NCBI RefSeq assembly: GCF_001194135.2
Contig: NC_069001.1
Location: 14,224,960-14,261,495 of the forward strand
Length of the DNA: 36,536 nucleotides
From: Octopus bimaculoides
Taxonomy: Eukaryota
Direction: 5' to 3'
The stretch's first letter is position 1. Each line of letters starts with the position of its first letter. A program made the translations under genes and the position numbers. Below are positions 1-10,551 of the stretch, in pieces. A model generated the notes under the pieces. The model had not been told where the DNA came from, ran no database searches, and saw only the letters and a list, made by a program, of their open reading frames with translations.

Positions 1-45
<45 letters not shown>

Positions 46-631
46 CACACAGACAGACACATAACTATTTTTACATGCGCACACACGCATACACTTTCAT
101 TGCAATATTTTTGTTAATCATTACCAATTTATACCTGTTCAGTTCTTCGTGACGTTATTGTCTTTTCTATTTATAGTTCCTTGGATTTTATTTTCCAAGT
201 TCAGTTATATATGCATGTATACATACATACATACATACATACATGCATACATACATACGTATGTATCTATGTACATGCCCATTTATGAATATATAAAAGA
301 ACAAATGAACATATCTCTATCACGGTGGTGCACCAGCATGACCGCAGCAACATGGCTGAAATGCATAAACAAGGTAAAAGAAATATGTGTGTGTGTGTGT
401 GTGTGTATGTGTGTGCGCGTGTGTGTGTGCACATGTCAATTTATGAACGACAAAAGAATAAGTGTTTCGTAATCATCTTCACTAGCCTACAATTGTTTCT
501 GCTAAAAGAAGCATAAGAAAACTATCATACTCTATGACAAAAACTTGTTTTGTTGTTTATTATTGATGTTACGCTCTGAACTCTCCTGACTCTTCCTTAT
601 GAAGCAAATGATATTCAGTTTTAAATATGGT

Positions 632-734
632 GGTTGGCATTCCGTCGGTTACGACGACGAGGGTTTCAGTTGATCCGATCAACGGAACAACCTGTTCGTG
701 AAATTAACGTGCAAGTGACTGAGCACTCCACAGA
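632..734 (-). mobile_element. SINE family A, 3' fragment
   Basis: Closely matches 33161-33260 (GGCAxTCCGTCG...CAGTTGATCCGATCAACGGAACA...GAGCACTCCACAGA); breaks off where the foldback element starts. Confidence 0.85.
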
Positions 735-1028
735 AATAGGAAAATAATATTTTTTTCAACGCATAAATGCTGACAGAACAGCAAATACAGGATAAAATCC
801 TTACAGAACGGAAAAATTTGTAGCTTTATAAGTTCAAAAATTGCGGATTAATTTGTCAGTGGGCAGTTTAGCATAATTGGGAAAGCACTTGATCGGCAGG
901 CACAGGGATGTGAGTTCGAGTCTCATGGCTGGTTGCTTATAAATTTCTCCACTTTGTAAGAATTTTATCTTATCTCTGCTGTTCAATCAGCATTTATTCA
1001 CTGAAAAAATACAGTATCTTCCTATCTG
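731..1028. mobile_element. Foldback/MITE-like element with ~90-bp imperfect inverted arms around a tRNA-like core
   Basis: Arms 731-824 and 935-1028 are reverse complements (ATAAATGCTGA/TCAGCATTTAT, GAACAGCA/TGCTGTTC, GATAAAATxCTTACA/TGTAAGxATTTTATC); loop carries A-box and B-box-like motifs. No target-site duplication seen. Confidence 0.6.
861..934 (+). promoter_or_regulatory. tRNA-like Pol III internal promoter cassette (not a functional tRNA)
   Basis: TAGCATAATTGG (A-box-like) and GAGTTCGAGTC (B-box) with a paired T-arm GTGAG-TTCGAGT-CTCAT; anticodon and acceptor arms poorly paired. Confidence 0.55.
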
Positions 1029-1557
1029 AACCCACAATACATTTCAACGCTTCTAAAAACAAATTTATGTTTGTTTATATATAACGTAATACATGTATAA
1101 ATACATATATGAATATATAAATAAATGCATGCATATATGCATACACCCATACATAAACATATAATGCATACCAGCACACATAACATTCGGCCAATCTTAG
1201 ACTAACACAAGAATGTTTAAAGCCGTTCTAGCAAAGGAGACCACGTGTCCTCTTTTTTTTTTTATTCTAAGTAAACCTAGGAATATCCAACGTGTCTGTT
1301 CGTTCTTTTTTTTATTCGTTTCTAGGATATGATCTGAGGGAGATTTGGCAGCTATTGAAATAGGCCGAAACGAAGGTTACCTTGGTGGTTCGATACGGTT
1401 CAATTAATTGTAGTTGTTGTCGTTGTTATGCTCCTTGGTCGGACAGCCTACCTATGGTCTAAAACGTTCCAAGCGTAACCATCTCGTCGTTCCTTCGCCA
1501 TCTTGCATATTAGTGTATCTAGTGTATCTAAGAGTACATTCTCATATGTATCTTTAT

Positions 1558-1778
1558 GAAGGCAAGATGATAGAATCAATCATTAACGCGCCGGGTAAAA
1601 TGCAGAGCAGTATTGCGTCCGTTTTTATGCTCTGAGTTCGAATTCCCCCGAGGTCGACTTTGTCTTTCATCATTTCGAGGTCGATAAAATAAGTACCAGT
1701 TGATCACTGGGCTCGACATAATCGTCTTTTTCCCTCCCCCGAAATCACTGGTCTTGTGCCAAAATTTACAACTACTAT
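1558..1778 (+). mobile_element. SINE family B copy
   Basis: GGCAGAATC-type head, GAGTTCGAATTCC B-box, GTCGACTTTGxCTTTCATCxTTTCGxGGTCGATAAAATAAGTACCAG body shared with 9294, 18111 and 26831. Confidence 0.8.
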
Positions 1779-1802
1779 CACATGGGTCCTTCCTCTTTTT
1801 AT

Positions 1803-1950
1803 AAGGCGACGAACTGGCAGAATCGTTAGTGTATCGAACAGAATTCCTCGCATTATTGAACCCGGCTCCTTACGCTCACAGTTCACCCCGCGCTAAGGTC
1901 AACTTTTTTCCTTTCCCTTTATTTTTTCTGGGGTCGATAAAATAAAAATG
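1803..1950 (+). mobile_element. SINE family B, degenerate copy
   Basis: AACTGGCAGAATCGTTAG head and GGGGTCGATAAAATAA body. Confidence 0.65.
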
Positions 1951-2039
1951 CTAGTACACGGCGGTAGGTTGGTGGAATTCTTAAAGGATCAGACAGGTTG
2001 TTTTGTAGTATCCGGTCTTAATCTCAACATTCACCAAGA

Positions 2040-2986
2040 ACCAGATTCTTACCCGGAAATCACAACGTGAAAGCTGTGCTACTAGTTGACATCCAAAAAA
2101 TTCTGCTGCCAGCACCCCACAACAAATTAGGGCTTATGAAAAATTTTACGAAGGCCCTGAACAAGAATGGAACTGCTTTCAAGTTCCTGGAATCAAAGTT
2201 TCCTCGTATAAGTGAAGGCCAGCTAAAAGCAGGAATCTTTACTGGTCTTCAGAATCGGGATTTGATGAGGGACAAGCATTTTGAGGAAGCATTAGCAGGT
2301 GTCGAAGTGAATGCCAGATTTTTCTTCAAGAAAATTGTCCAAAACTTCTTGGAAAACAGCCGATCCCCAGAATATGAAAAAAATGATCCAAGGCCTGATA
2401 TCAAGTTTTCAACAACTTGGGTCTAAAATGAATGTGAAGATGCATCTTTGCACTCGCATCTTGACTATTTTCCCAAGAATTGCGGGAACTACAGTGAGGA
2501 ACAAGGAGAGCGGCTCTAACAAGACATTTGTACCACAGAAACTCGATACCAGGGCAAATGGAATGACAGTATGATGGCGGATTACTGCTGGTTATTGAAA
2601 CGTGATGGTCCCGATGCACAGCATAAGCGGAAATCAAAGCGGTCCTCCTTCCTCTGAATCAATATGTAGGCTAACCATTAGGAGCATATTTTTTCCATTC
2701 ATTTAGTTTGATGTTGATAATTCTGGTTTATTTCATGTTGATTTGGAAAACATATGACCTTAAAACTAACAGAATGTGCTTTTCCTTGATTTCTTGTTTC
2801 GTTTTAATAAAGTAACAATTTATCAAAAAATTCACATTTTTTGTTATAATTAATCTATATTTTATTCAACATCCTTATGTTACAGAGCAAAATAGTTTAG
2901 ATATTTAAAATCAGCAACCCAAGGATATGTAACAACACATCCATGAATAAAAATATAAAAAATAAATTCCCAAATGCAGACCAGTG
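2040..2986 (+). mobile_element. Chapaev3-like (CMC) DNA transposon fossil: transposase C-terminus plus right terminus
   Basis: Frames read LVDIQKILLPAPHNKLGLMKNFTKAL, KAGIFTGLQNRDLM, KMHL, SEEQGERL*QD and MADYCWLLKRD, with stops and frameshifts; ends in ...GACCAGTG followed by TAA. Superfamily assignment is from recalled motifs. Confidence 0.75.
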
Positions 2987-3047
2987 TAATTTGAGATTGC
3001 AATGGAAGTATAGATTCCTTTGTTCGATCAGATCAGCTGGCTGCAAA

Positions 3048-3134
3048 CACCATCACCACCATCGCTGCTACTACTACTACCACCACCACCACCACCACCA
3101 CTACTACCACTGTCGTCAATGCCACCACCACCAC

Positions 3135-3166
<32 letters not shown>

Positions 3167-3171
3167 CCATC

Positions 3172-3203
<32 letters not shown>

Positions 3204-3210
3204 CACGACC
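3048..3210. repeat. Mosaic trinucleotide microsatellite (CAC/TAC/CAT/CAA)
   Basis: Seen directly; explains the His-rich and Pro-rich ORFs. Confidence 0.95.
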
Positions 3211-3788
3211 ATTATTTTCTTGTTTTAACCAAGTATGAATACGATGAGATGAGGAAGAATTTGGTTGCTAATTCCAGCAATTTTTGCAGCGGCACTCTAG
3301 AGGCTCTCATTGCAGAACTGATGGCGATCAAGAAGTTTCCATAAGGCAAAGGTCAGAAAGGCGTGAGTTAGAACAGAGGTGGGCGGGAAGGCAGGCAGAC
3401 AGGTAGACAGGCGGGCAGGCGGGCAGGCAGGCAAACAGGCAGACAGACAGGTAGACAGGCCTTATTGTTTATGAAGAAAGTACACACGTATTTCATAAAG
3501 CCACTAAAATATCTTCGCTGGTGCCTGGATGACGCAATGTGTGTGTGTAGGTGTGTATGTGGTATATGGTGGGGGTATCCGGGTGGAATGTGGGACATCC
3601 AACAGAATGGGATAAATGTGGGGTGGTGGTGGCGGTGTTGGGTGTGGGTGGAGGATGATCTCCCTCTGCCTCACTCCCTCGCCCTACCTCTCCATCCCTC
3701 CATTTCTTACAGTTCAGTAAGTACACACTCACGTTTGTGATGTGTAAGATTCCTGGGAGGGACCTCCATAAATTCCCTGCTTTCCATA

Positions 3789-3947
3789 TATATATATATA
3801 TGTATATATATATGTATATATGTGTATATATATATATAGTATATATATATGTATATATGTGTATATATATATATAGTATATATATATGTATATATGTGTA
3901 TATATATATATAGTATATATATATGTATATATGTGTATATATATATA
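3789..3947. repeat. 37-bp minisatellite built from (AT)n, running into a gap
   Basis: The unit ATATATATATGTATATATGTGTATATATATATATAGT recurs; ORF starts at 3849, 3886 and 3923 show the 37-bp period. Confidence 0.9.
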
Positions 3948-4870
3948 NNNNNNNNNNNNNNNNNNNNNNNNNNNNNNNNNNNNNNNNNNNNNNNNNNNNN
4001 NNNNNNNNNNNNNNNNNNNNNNNNNNNNNNNNNNNNNNNNNNNNNNNNNNNNNNNNNNNNNNNNNNNNNNNNNNNNNNNNNNNNNNNNNNNNNNNNNNNN
4101 NNNNNNNNNNNNNNNNNNNNNNNNNNNNNNNNNNNNNNNNNNNNNNNNNNNNNNNNNNNNNNNNNNNNNNNNNNNNNNNNNNNNNNNNNNNNNNNNNNNN
4201 NNNNNNNNNNNNNNNNNNNNNNNNNNNNNNNNNNNNNNNNNNNNNNNNNNNNNNNNNNNNNNNNNNNNNNNNNNNNNNNNNNNNNNNNNNNNNNNNNNNN
4301 NNNNNNNNNNNNNNNNNNNNNNNNNNNNNNNNNNNNNNNNNNNNNNNNNNNNNNNNNNNNNNNNNNNNNNNNNNNNNNNNNNNNNNNNNNNNNNNNNNNN
4401 NNNNNNNNNNNNNNNNNNNNNNNNNNNNNNNNNNNNNNNNNNNNNNNNNNNNNNNNNNNNNNNNNNNNNNNNNNNNNNNNNNNNNNNNNNNNNNNNNNNN
4501 NNNNNNNNNNNNNNNNNNNNNNNNNNNNNNNNNNNNNNNNNNNNNNNNNNNNNNNNNNNNNNNNNNNNNNNNNNNNNNNNNNNNNNNNNNNNNNNNNNNN
4601 NNNNNNNNNNNNNNNNNNNNNNNNNNNNNNNNNNNNNNNNNNNNNNNNNNNNNNNNNNNNNNNNNNNNNNNNNNNNNNNNNNNNNNNNNNNNNNNNNNNN
4701 NNNNNNNNNNNNNNNNNNNNNNNNNNNNNNNNNNNNNNNNNNNNNNNNNNNNNNNNNNNNNNNNNNNNNNNNNNNNNNNNNNNNNNNNNNNNNNNNNNNN
4801 NNNNNNNNNNNNNNNNNNNNNNNNNNNNNNNNNNNNNNNNNNNNNNNNNNNNNNNNNNNNNNNNNNNNNN
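3948..4870. other. Assembly gap (others at 6378-6581, 11845-11899, 15176-15746, 20865-21797, 25502-25565, 26635-26643, 27179-28163, 35345-35398)
   Basis: N-runs, most flanked by (AT)n or (CA)n tracts. Confidence 1.
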
Positions 4871-5077
4871 TATATATACATATATATATATATATTCCGG
4901 TTGCATTATTCAGAAGAGCAAAAAGAAAAGGTAGAAAGGAACGAAGAAGAGAAAGATGAACGGAACATAGATGCTAGATGAGTGAACGACGAAGATGATT
5001 AAAAGGTGGTGGTGGTGGTGGTCATGGTGGTAGTGGGGAAGCATCCGTGGTCGAAGAGTAGAAAGAAAGAAAGGATG

Positions 5078-5122
<45 letters not shown>

Positions 5123-6581
5123 AAAGAAAGGAAAAAATATTGTATCTCGGATTTAAGGCGAATAAAAACAGCGTCGGCGAGGATTAGTTGATAAACAAGT
5201 GTTAGGCATAAAGGAAAGCCAGATATAACAGTTTTGGAAGTGATGTTAGTTGTGAGTGTTTGGCAGCAAACGCAAACATAAACAACATCGATAAACCTCA
5301 ATAATGGAACTGTGATTCTTTAGCGAATTCTTTAGCGAAACAACTTGGTTTTAAAATGCTAAAAACAAAAAGGTCAACATAGGCGATGTTTCCCCGGCTC
5401 TTAAAAGTACACGTTTTTCTTTGATCAAAACGAGAAACTTTAGCGAAAATCACATATTTCTTAATACTCTCTAGAGCGGAAAGAACTCTTAAGATTTCGG
5501 GATTGGTCGCAGGAGGACCAGGTCTTAATGTCAAGGAGGTGAAATACTCAACAAAACTGGAATAGAAGAAAAATCGTCTTCGTAAAGTGCCGGCATTTTA
5601 CTCCATATTGAAAGGTCAACGAAATTATTGTTTCACAGTTTTAGACTTAATCAATATTTTCATATGAGTTAAAAGCATTTGTTGCAGATGTTTTCGATGT
5701 GACATTTCTAACTAACCTTTTAATTTGTATTCGAACAAGATCAAGTGACAAATAGAATTGCTAAGCTTCACTTGTTCAGAAATTTGTCCTGGCCAGAGAA
5801 GCAGGCAAGCGTGTAGCTGTAGCCATTCTTATTACGTCTTACCAATTGATTCTTCGGGAGACAGAGAGAGAGGGGGGGGGAGAGCGAGCGAGAGATGGAG
5901 AAAGTGAGGGCAAGAGACAGAGAGAGAGGATAACCAAGCTAAAGTCGAGAAAAAGCTTTTTACTTACACGTTCGCTTGCACCCACTCAAGACATTTTTGT
6001 TTTCTGTTTTTTGTTTCTTATTACATTTTTCTATATATCTATCTATCTGTCTGTCTCCACGTCTCACTCTCTCTCACTCTCATATTTCCTCTCATCCTCT
6101 CTCACACATACACACTCTCTCTCTTTCTTGTGATCTTGCTTTATTATTTGTTGTTATTTGTTTGTGATGTTGACGTCGTCTTCCTTGTCTTTGTCGTCAT
6201 CGTTGTCGTTGTCGAGATGTTAGTTTTAATGGAAGCAAAGACGACAAAAACACAGTCACATGTGTTTTTTTTTTGCCTCTTACAAGAGGTTCGCCCCTCT
6301 ACAAAATGCAGAACCATTGTTATCTATCTATCTATCTATCTGTATATCTATCTATATATATATATATATATATATATNNNNNNNNNNNNNNNNNNNNNNN
6401 NNNNNNNNNNNNNNNNNNNNNNNNNNNNNNNNNNNNNNNNNNNNNNNNNNNNNNNNNNNNNNNNNNNNNNNNNNNNNNNNNNNNNNNNNNNNNNNNNNNN
6501 NNNNNNNNNNNNNNNNNNNNNNNNNNNNNNNNNNNNNNNNNNNNNNNNNNNNNNNNNNNNNNNNNNNNNNNNNNNNNNNNN

Positions 6582-6618
<37 letters not shown>

Positions 6619-6713
6619 TATATATATATATGGATCAAAATAGTTTGATTCAAATTTCGTGGTACTTTCATTTGTCCACCCACTCGTGTGTATATATATA
6701 TATATATATATAA

Positions 6714-6868
6714 TGGGCTTCCACACAGTTTCCGTGTACCAAATTCACTCGCAGCCTATAGTAGAAGACATTTGCCCACGGTACCGCGCAGTGGGACTGA
6801 ACCCGAGGCCACATGGTTACAAAGCAAGCTTTTTAACCACAGATCCATGTTCGCCGACTTACACAGGC
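6714..6868 (-). mobile_element. SINE family C, 5' half
   Basis: Matches 35399-35555 (TATAGTAGAAGACA, GCAGTGGGACTGAACCCG, ACCACATGG-type head). Confidence 0.8.
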
Positions 6869-6871
6869 ATG

Positions 6872-7312
6872 TCTATATATATATAAAACAGAGGATGGGT
6901 ATCTGTCCGTGTGTTTGTCATGTCGTTAAAACTCGAGATCCTCCCAACCGATTTTAATGAAAATTTACACATGCATTACATGGGGTCCATGGAGTGTCAT
7001 GGGCAAAAAAAAGAATTTCAACTTCTTGTCTAATGCGGGCCCAGGGGCAGATAAACCACATTTCAAAAGCATTTTAGCAGCGTTAAGGCCTGTAACTTGA
7101 AGAGTATCCAGTCGTTTTACTCCAAATTTGTAACAAACATTAATCAGGCTCCTCGAATTGCTGTTGACAAAAAAAAGTTTCGACGCCAACTATGACCCCC
7201 ACCCCAAATGCAGATTGATCAGATTTGACCATACTGGGTTTCTATCTTTGTATTAGGCCATTTTCCGACGATAAAATCTTGACACTACTAATGCATTATA
7301 AGTAGCGTCTAA
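6872..7312 (+). mobile_element. Possible non-autonomous Helitron-like element
   Basis: Begins TCTATATATATAAAAC; contains CCAACCGATTTTAATGAAAATTTACAC, typical of invertebrate non-autonomous Helitrons; ends with hairpin ACACTACT..AGTAGCGT then CTAA|T. 5' flank is G rather than the canonical A. Confidence 0.4.
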
Positions 7313-7469
7313 TATTTCATGAAAACCATTTTGTCCAATTTAGCGGAGGAAAAGAGAAGAACATTAAAATTATTGTCGGCGCACTGTTGATGCTTCATGT
7401 TGGTAACATGAAGCATCAACAGGGTGCCATGTGCGTGAAGTGCCCTGTTGATGTTCCATGTTTCCAATC

Positions 7470-7695
7470 CTGCGCATGGGCCCGGTTTCCCGGTTTCTAT
7501 GGCGTATGTGTTCCCCAGCTGGACGGGACGCCAGTCCATCGCAGCGTTACTCATTTTTGCCAGCTGAGTGGACTGGAGCAACGTGAAATGAAGTGTTTTG
7601 CTCAAGAACACAACGCGTCACCCGGTCCAGGAATCGAAACTACAATCTTAGGATCATGATGCTGACACCCAAACCACTAAGCCACGTGCCTCCAC
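7470..7695 (-). mobile_element. SINE family D (tRNA head plus CORE-like domain)
   Basis: Minus strand: GGAGGCACGTGGCTTAGTGG, GTTTCGATTCC B-box, GTGTTCTTGAGCAAAACACTT...CAGTCCACTCAGCTGGCAAAAATGAG, resembling the CORE domain reported for octopus OR-type SINEs. Confidence 0.8.
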
Positions 7696-7791
7696 AAAAT
7701 ACAAGCATACTGGAGAAGTAAAGCTATATATATATAAAACAAATAATAAATGAGTATATGCATATATACGTACAGGTATGTGCATACCTAC

Positions 7792-7945
7792 GTCTACCTG
7801 TATATATAGGTGCTTATCTGGGTACAGGACACTGCAAACAAAACGTAGACAAGAAAATAATAATAACCAGAGTACAGAAAACACACAAGCCACATTTTCC
7901 TTCATCAGCTACCCCCGTTTTAACACCGGCGTTTCGAAGAGTTGG
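7792..7945 (-). mobile_element. Penelope pseudo-LTR-like repeat with partial hammerhead boxes
   Basis: 7792-7892 is near-identical to 23967-24068; minus strand has GAAACGCCGGTGTT then CTGATGA. Confidence 0.55.
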
Positions 7946-7964
7946 GCATACATACATACATACA

Positions 7965-8033
<69 letters not shown>

Positions 8034-8038
8034 TAACA

Positions 8039-8071
<33 letters not shown>

Positions 8072-8072
<1 letters not shown>

Positions 8073-8330
8073 GTCTCCACTCACTATTCCTGAAAGGCTT
8101 GTGGGTGTAGCGCCCTCAGGTATCTCTTCCATAGTGTCCTATAAAAAGTAACTGTCATTAGATTTCCCAGTTGGATTCCCAAGCGTGACCAACTGAAACT
8201 ATGGATTTTATTCAATCATCTCGTTCTTAGTCTACCCGTAGAACTCTTACTTGTTGGCTTGGATTGAAGAATCCATTTTCAGTTTCTTTCCAGCAGCATC
8301 CTAATCACATGTTTTGTAGTAACGGAGCTG
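8072..8330 (-). mobile_element. RTE-like LINE 3' end with (TAGA)n tail
   Basis: Minus strand reads WILQSKPTSKSSTGRLRTR*L...SRLGIQLGNLMTVT; homologous to 30695-30900; followed on its strand by (TAGA)n at 8040-8071. Confidence 0.5.
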
Positions 8331-8617
8331 CGAACTTTTAATGCGAAATAGCGGGGCAACGTCGAATAAGTCCCTGATCTCTGAGCTACCCAACATGTTG
8401 AGCAACGTTGCTCCAGGGATCCAAGAATATCAGTATCAATTTAAGGTACACATTCTCAAACAATGTTTTATTAAACCAAATACACGCAAGAACGATAACT
8501 TAAAGTTTAGACTATATATTATAACTAGCAAAAAGTATGATTTCTAAAAATGATGTACAAACAACACGGACAGACATACACAAAACACCCATACACATAC
8601 ACACTCACACACACTAT

Positions 8618-8808
8618 ATTAGTCCTCCTCAGTGAAGGGTAGACTGATTTTTAGAAGACAGTTGTGTTATTTAGAGACATGTTCGGTCCTTGTTAATCCT
8701 CATCAGCGAAGATTTGACTGATCTTTAACAGAATATGTTTTAGACTTATTAGACAGGGGCGACAACTGTGAATATGTTTCAGACTTATCATCAGTGAAGT
8801 TTTAGTCT
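8618..8808 (-). ncRNA. Tandem array of decayed minimal hammerhead motifs
   Basis: CTGANGA boxes at 8788-8794, 8700-8706 and 8626-8632, each preceded by CTTCA or CTTCG; the first two are followed by GAAACATAT or GAACATGTC, the third is truncated. Confidence 0.5.
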
Positions 8809-8925
8809 TTTTTTTTTGTGAGACAGGAATGACACTCAAACATACAAACACACAAACACAACCACAAACTTTACACACACGCGCAAAAACACTCACAAAC
8901 GCACAAAGAGGAAGAGAACGTGGGT

Positions 8926-9080
8926 GCAGGCATGTTTACATGATCAAGAAATTCGGCTTCCCAACAATGTAACTCTGGGTTCAATCTCGCTACGTAGCAC
9001 CTTGGATAATTGTCTTTTCACCGTAGTACCATGATAACCAAATTCTACCGAGTGGACTTCGGTAAACAGAAGCTGCAAGG
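8926..9080 (+). mobile_element. SINE family C, degenerate 5' half
   Basis: GGGTTCAATCTCGCTACGTAGCACCTTGG...GAGTGGACTTCGGTAAACAGAAGCTG resembles 31020-31135. Confidence 0.55.
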
Positions 9081-9293
9081 TGCACGCTTGTTGGAGGGTA
9101 ATCTTGAATTGTCACCTAACTTATTACCACCGCCTGCTACACTGGATTTCTTCAGTACAGTCTGCTATGTTGCAAGCATTGGTCTTAATTATGCGGTCTG
9201 TTATCCTGAGTATGCCTCTAGACTACAACCAGTGGACCCCTGGATCAGGAGTTCCTGGGGTTTTTGAGGAGTGTGGAATCACCTCTTCCCAGG

Positions 9294-9505
9294 TAAGGCA
9301 GCAAGCTGGCAGAATTGTAAGCGTGCTGGGCAAAATACGTAGCGGTATTTCGTCAATCTTTACGTTCTGAGTTCAAATGCCACCGAGGTCAACTTTACCT
9401 TTCGACCTTCGAGACCGATAAAATAAGTACTAATTGAGTATTGAGATCGATGTAATCGATTTACCTCGAAGTTGTTGACCTAGTGCGAAAATCTGAAACC
9501 ATTAT
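9294..9505 (+). mobile_element. SINE family B copy
   Basis: GCAAGCTGGCAGAAT head, GAGTTCAAATGCC B-box, GATAAAATAAGTAC body, GAAACCATTATATT end. Confidence 0.85.
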
Positions 9506-10078
9506 ATTTCCCAGGTTCACTTTGACCCAGTGTAGTAGCACCTATCAGGGGCCCAGTTATGTATTAATTAGCATGTTAGAGCCTGCCTTTCTATACACGT
9601 GAATTCAGACCCGGTTGACTCTGCGGGAGAAATCTTTATGGTTCAACGGAGGGGAAAGTGGTTGCAGCAACGCATTGTGGTGTGCAGAGAGCACGATGTG
9701 ACAAGCAAGACATCTTGATCGTCCACTGCGAATGCCTCCATACCTAGTTGTCTCGAGCTGGTCTTGCCGCTGGATTGAAGATGGTCTCGGACGAAAGAAT
9801 GTGTCTGACGTTGGGCAATTCTTCTTCACTTTAAACAAGATCATCGTGCAAATCCTCAGTCGTCCTTAAAGACGACAAGATGATTCTCGTTGAATCAATG
9901 GACAAACAAATATATATATATATATATAGTCTAAGGGCACCTTCTTCTTTTCTTCTCATGAGGCGTGGAGTCTCCTAAAAAGGTCATAGTCCTTAAAAAC
10001 TTAAACATTCACACACATATATTAGCGCAAAGATACACGAACACACACTCTCTCTGTGTCAGTCTATCTCTATCTATG

Positions 10079-10119
<41 letters not shown>

Positions 10120-10302
10120 GTCTGTCTATCTATCTACCGCGCTATTGGTGTAGGTTATACAATGCTAAAAGTCACTAAGCACTTATGTGTAAATTATGTC
10201 AAGAAATATTTCGTTGAAGAATAACGGCGAGAATGAGATCGGTATTCCGTGTGAAGGAGGTCCCTTAGGTACAGAGAAAGTACTTAACGCTGGAAACGAA
10301 CA

Positions 10303-10344
<42 letters not shown>

Positions 10345-10494
10345 TAGACGCGTACACGTATGTATATAAATATGCATATATGTGTATTGATATATATATT
10401 ATATATATGGAGAGAGTGAGAGTGAAGTAGCCATTCACACGTACATTCATATATACATACATACACTTGTGTGTGTATACATATATATATATAT

Positions 10495-10551
<57 letters not shown>

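Noticed and set aside
861-934. Possible tRNA gene
   Set aside because: The T-arm is good but the anticodon and acceptor stems do not pair; kept only as a tRNA-like cassette
2943-3344. 133-aa His/Gln-rich ORF
   Set aside because: It is open only because of a trinucleotide tract, and its 5' end overlaps a transposon terminus
3570-3660. G-rich tract with G-quadruplex potential
   Set aside because: Loops are long and irregular, and it looks like a decayed (GGT)n repeat
3493-4981. Long ORFs of 350-460 aa (likewise at 15059, 20805 and 27017)
   Set aside because: They are read through N-runs and (AT)n
8391-8413. Overlapping palindromes CAACATGTTG and GAGCAACGTTGCTC
   Set aside because: Short, with no matching termini or second copy in the window
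9631-9747. NLYGSTE peptide resembling the adenylate-forming enzyme YGxTE motif
   Set aside because: The frame is closed by stops on both sides, splice sites are unconvincing and no other motif of the family is present
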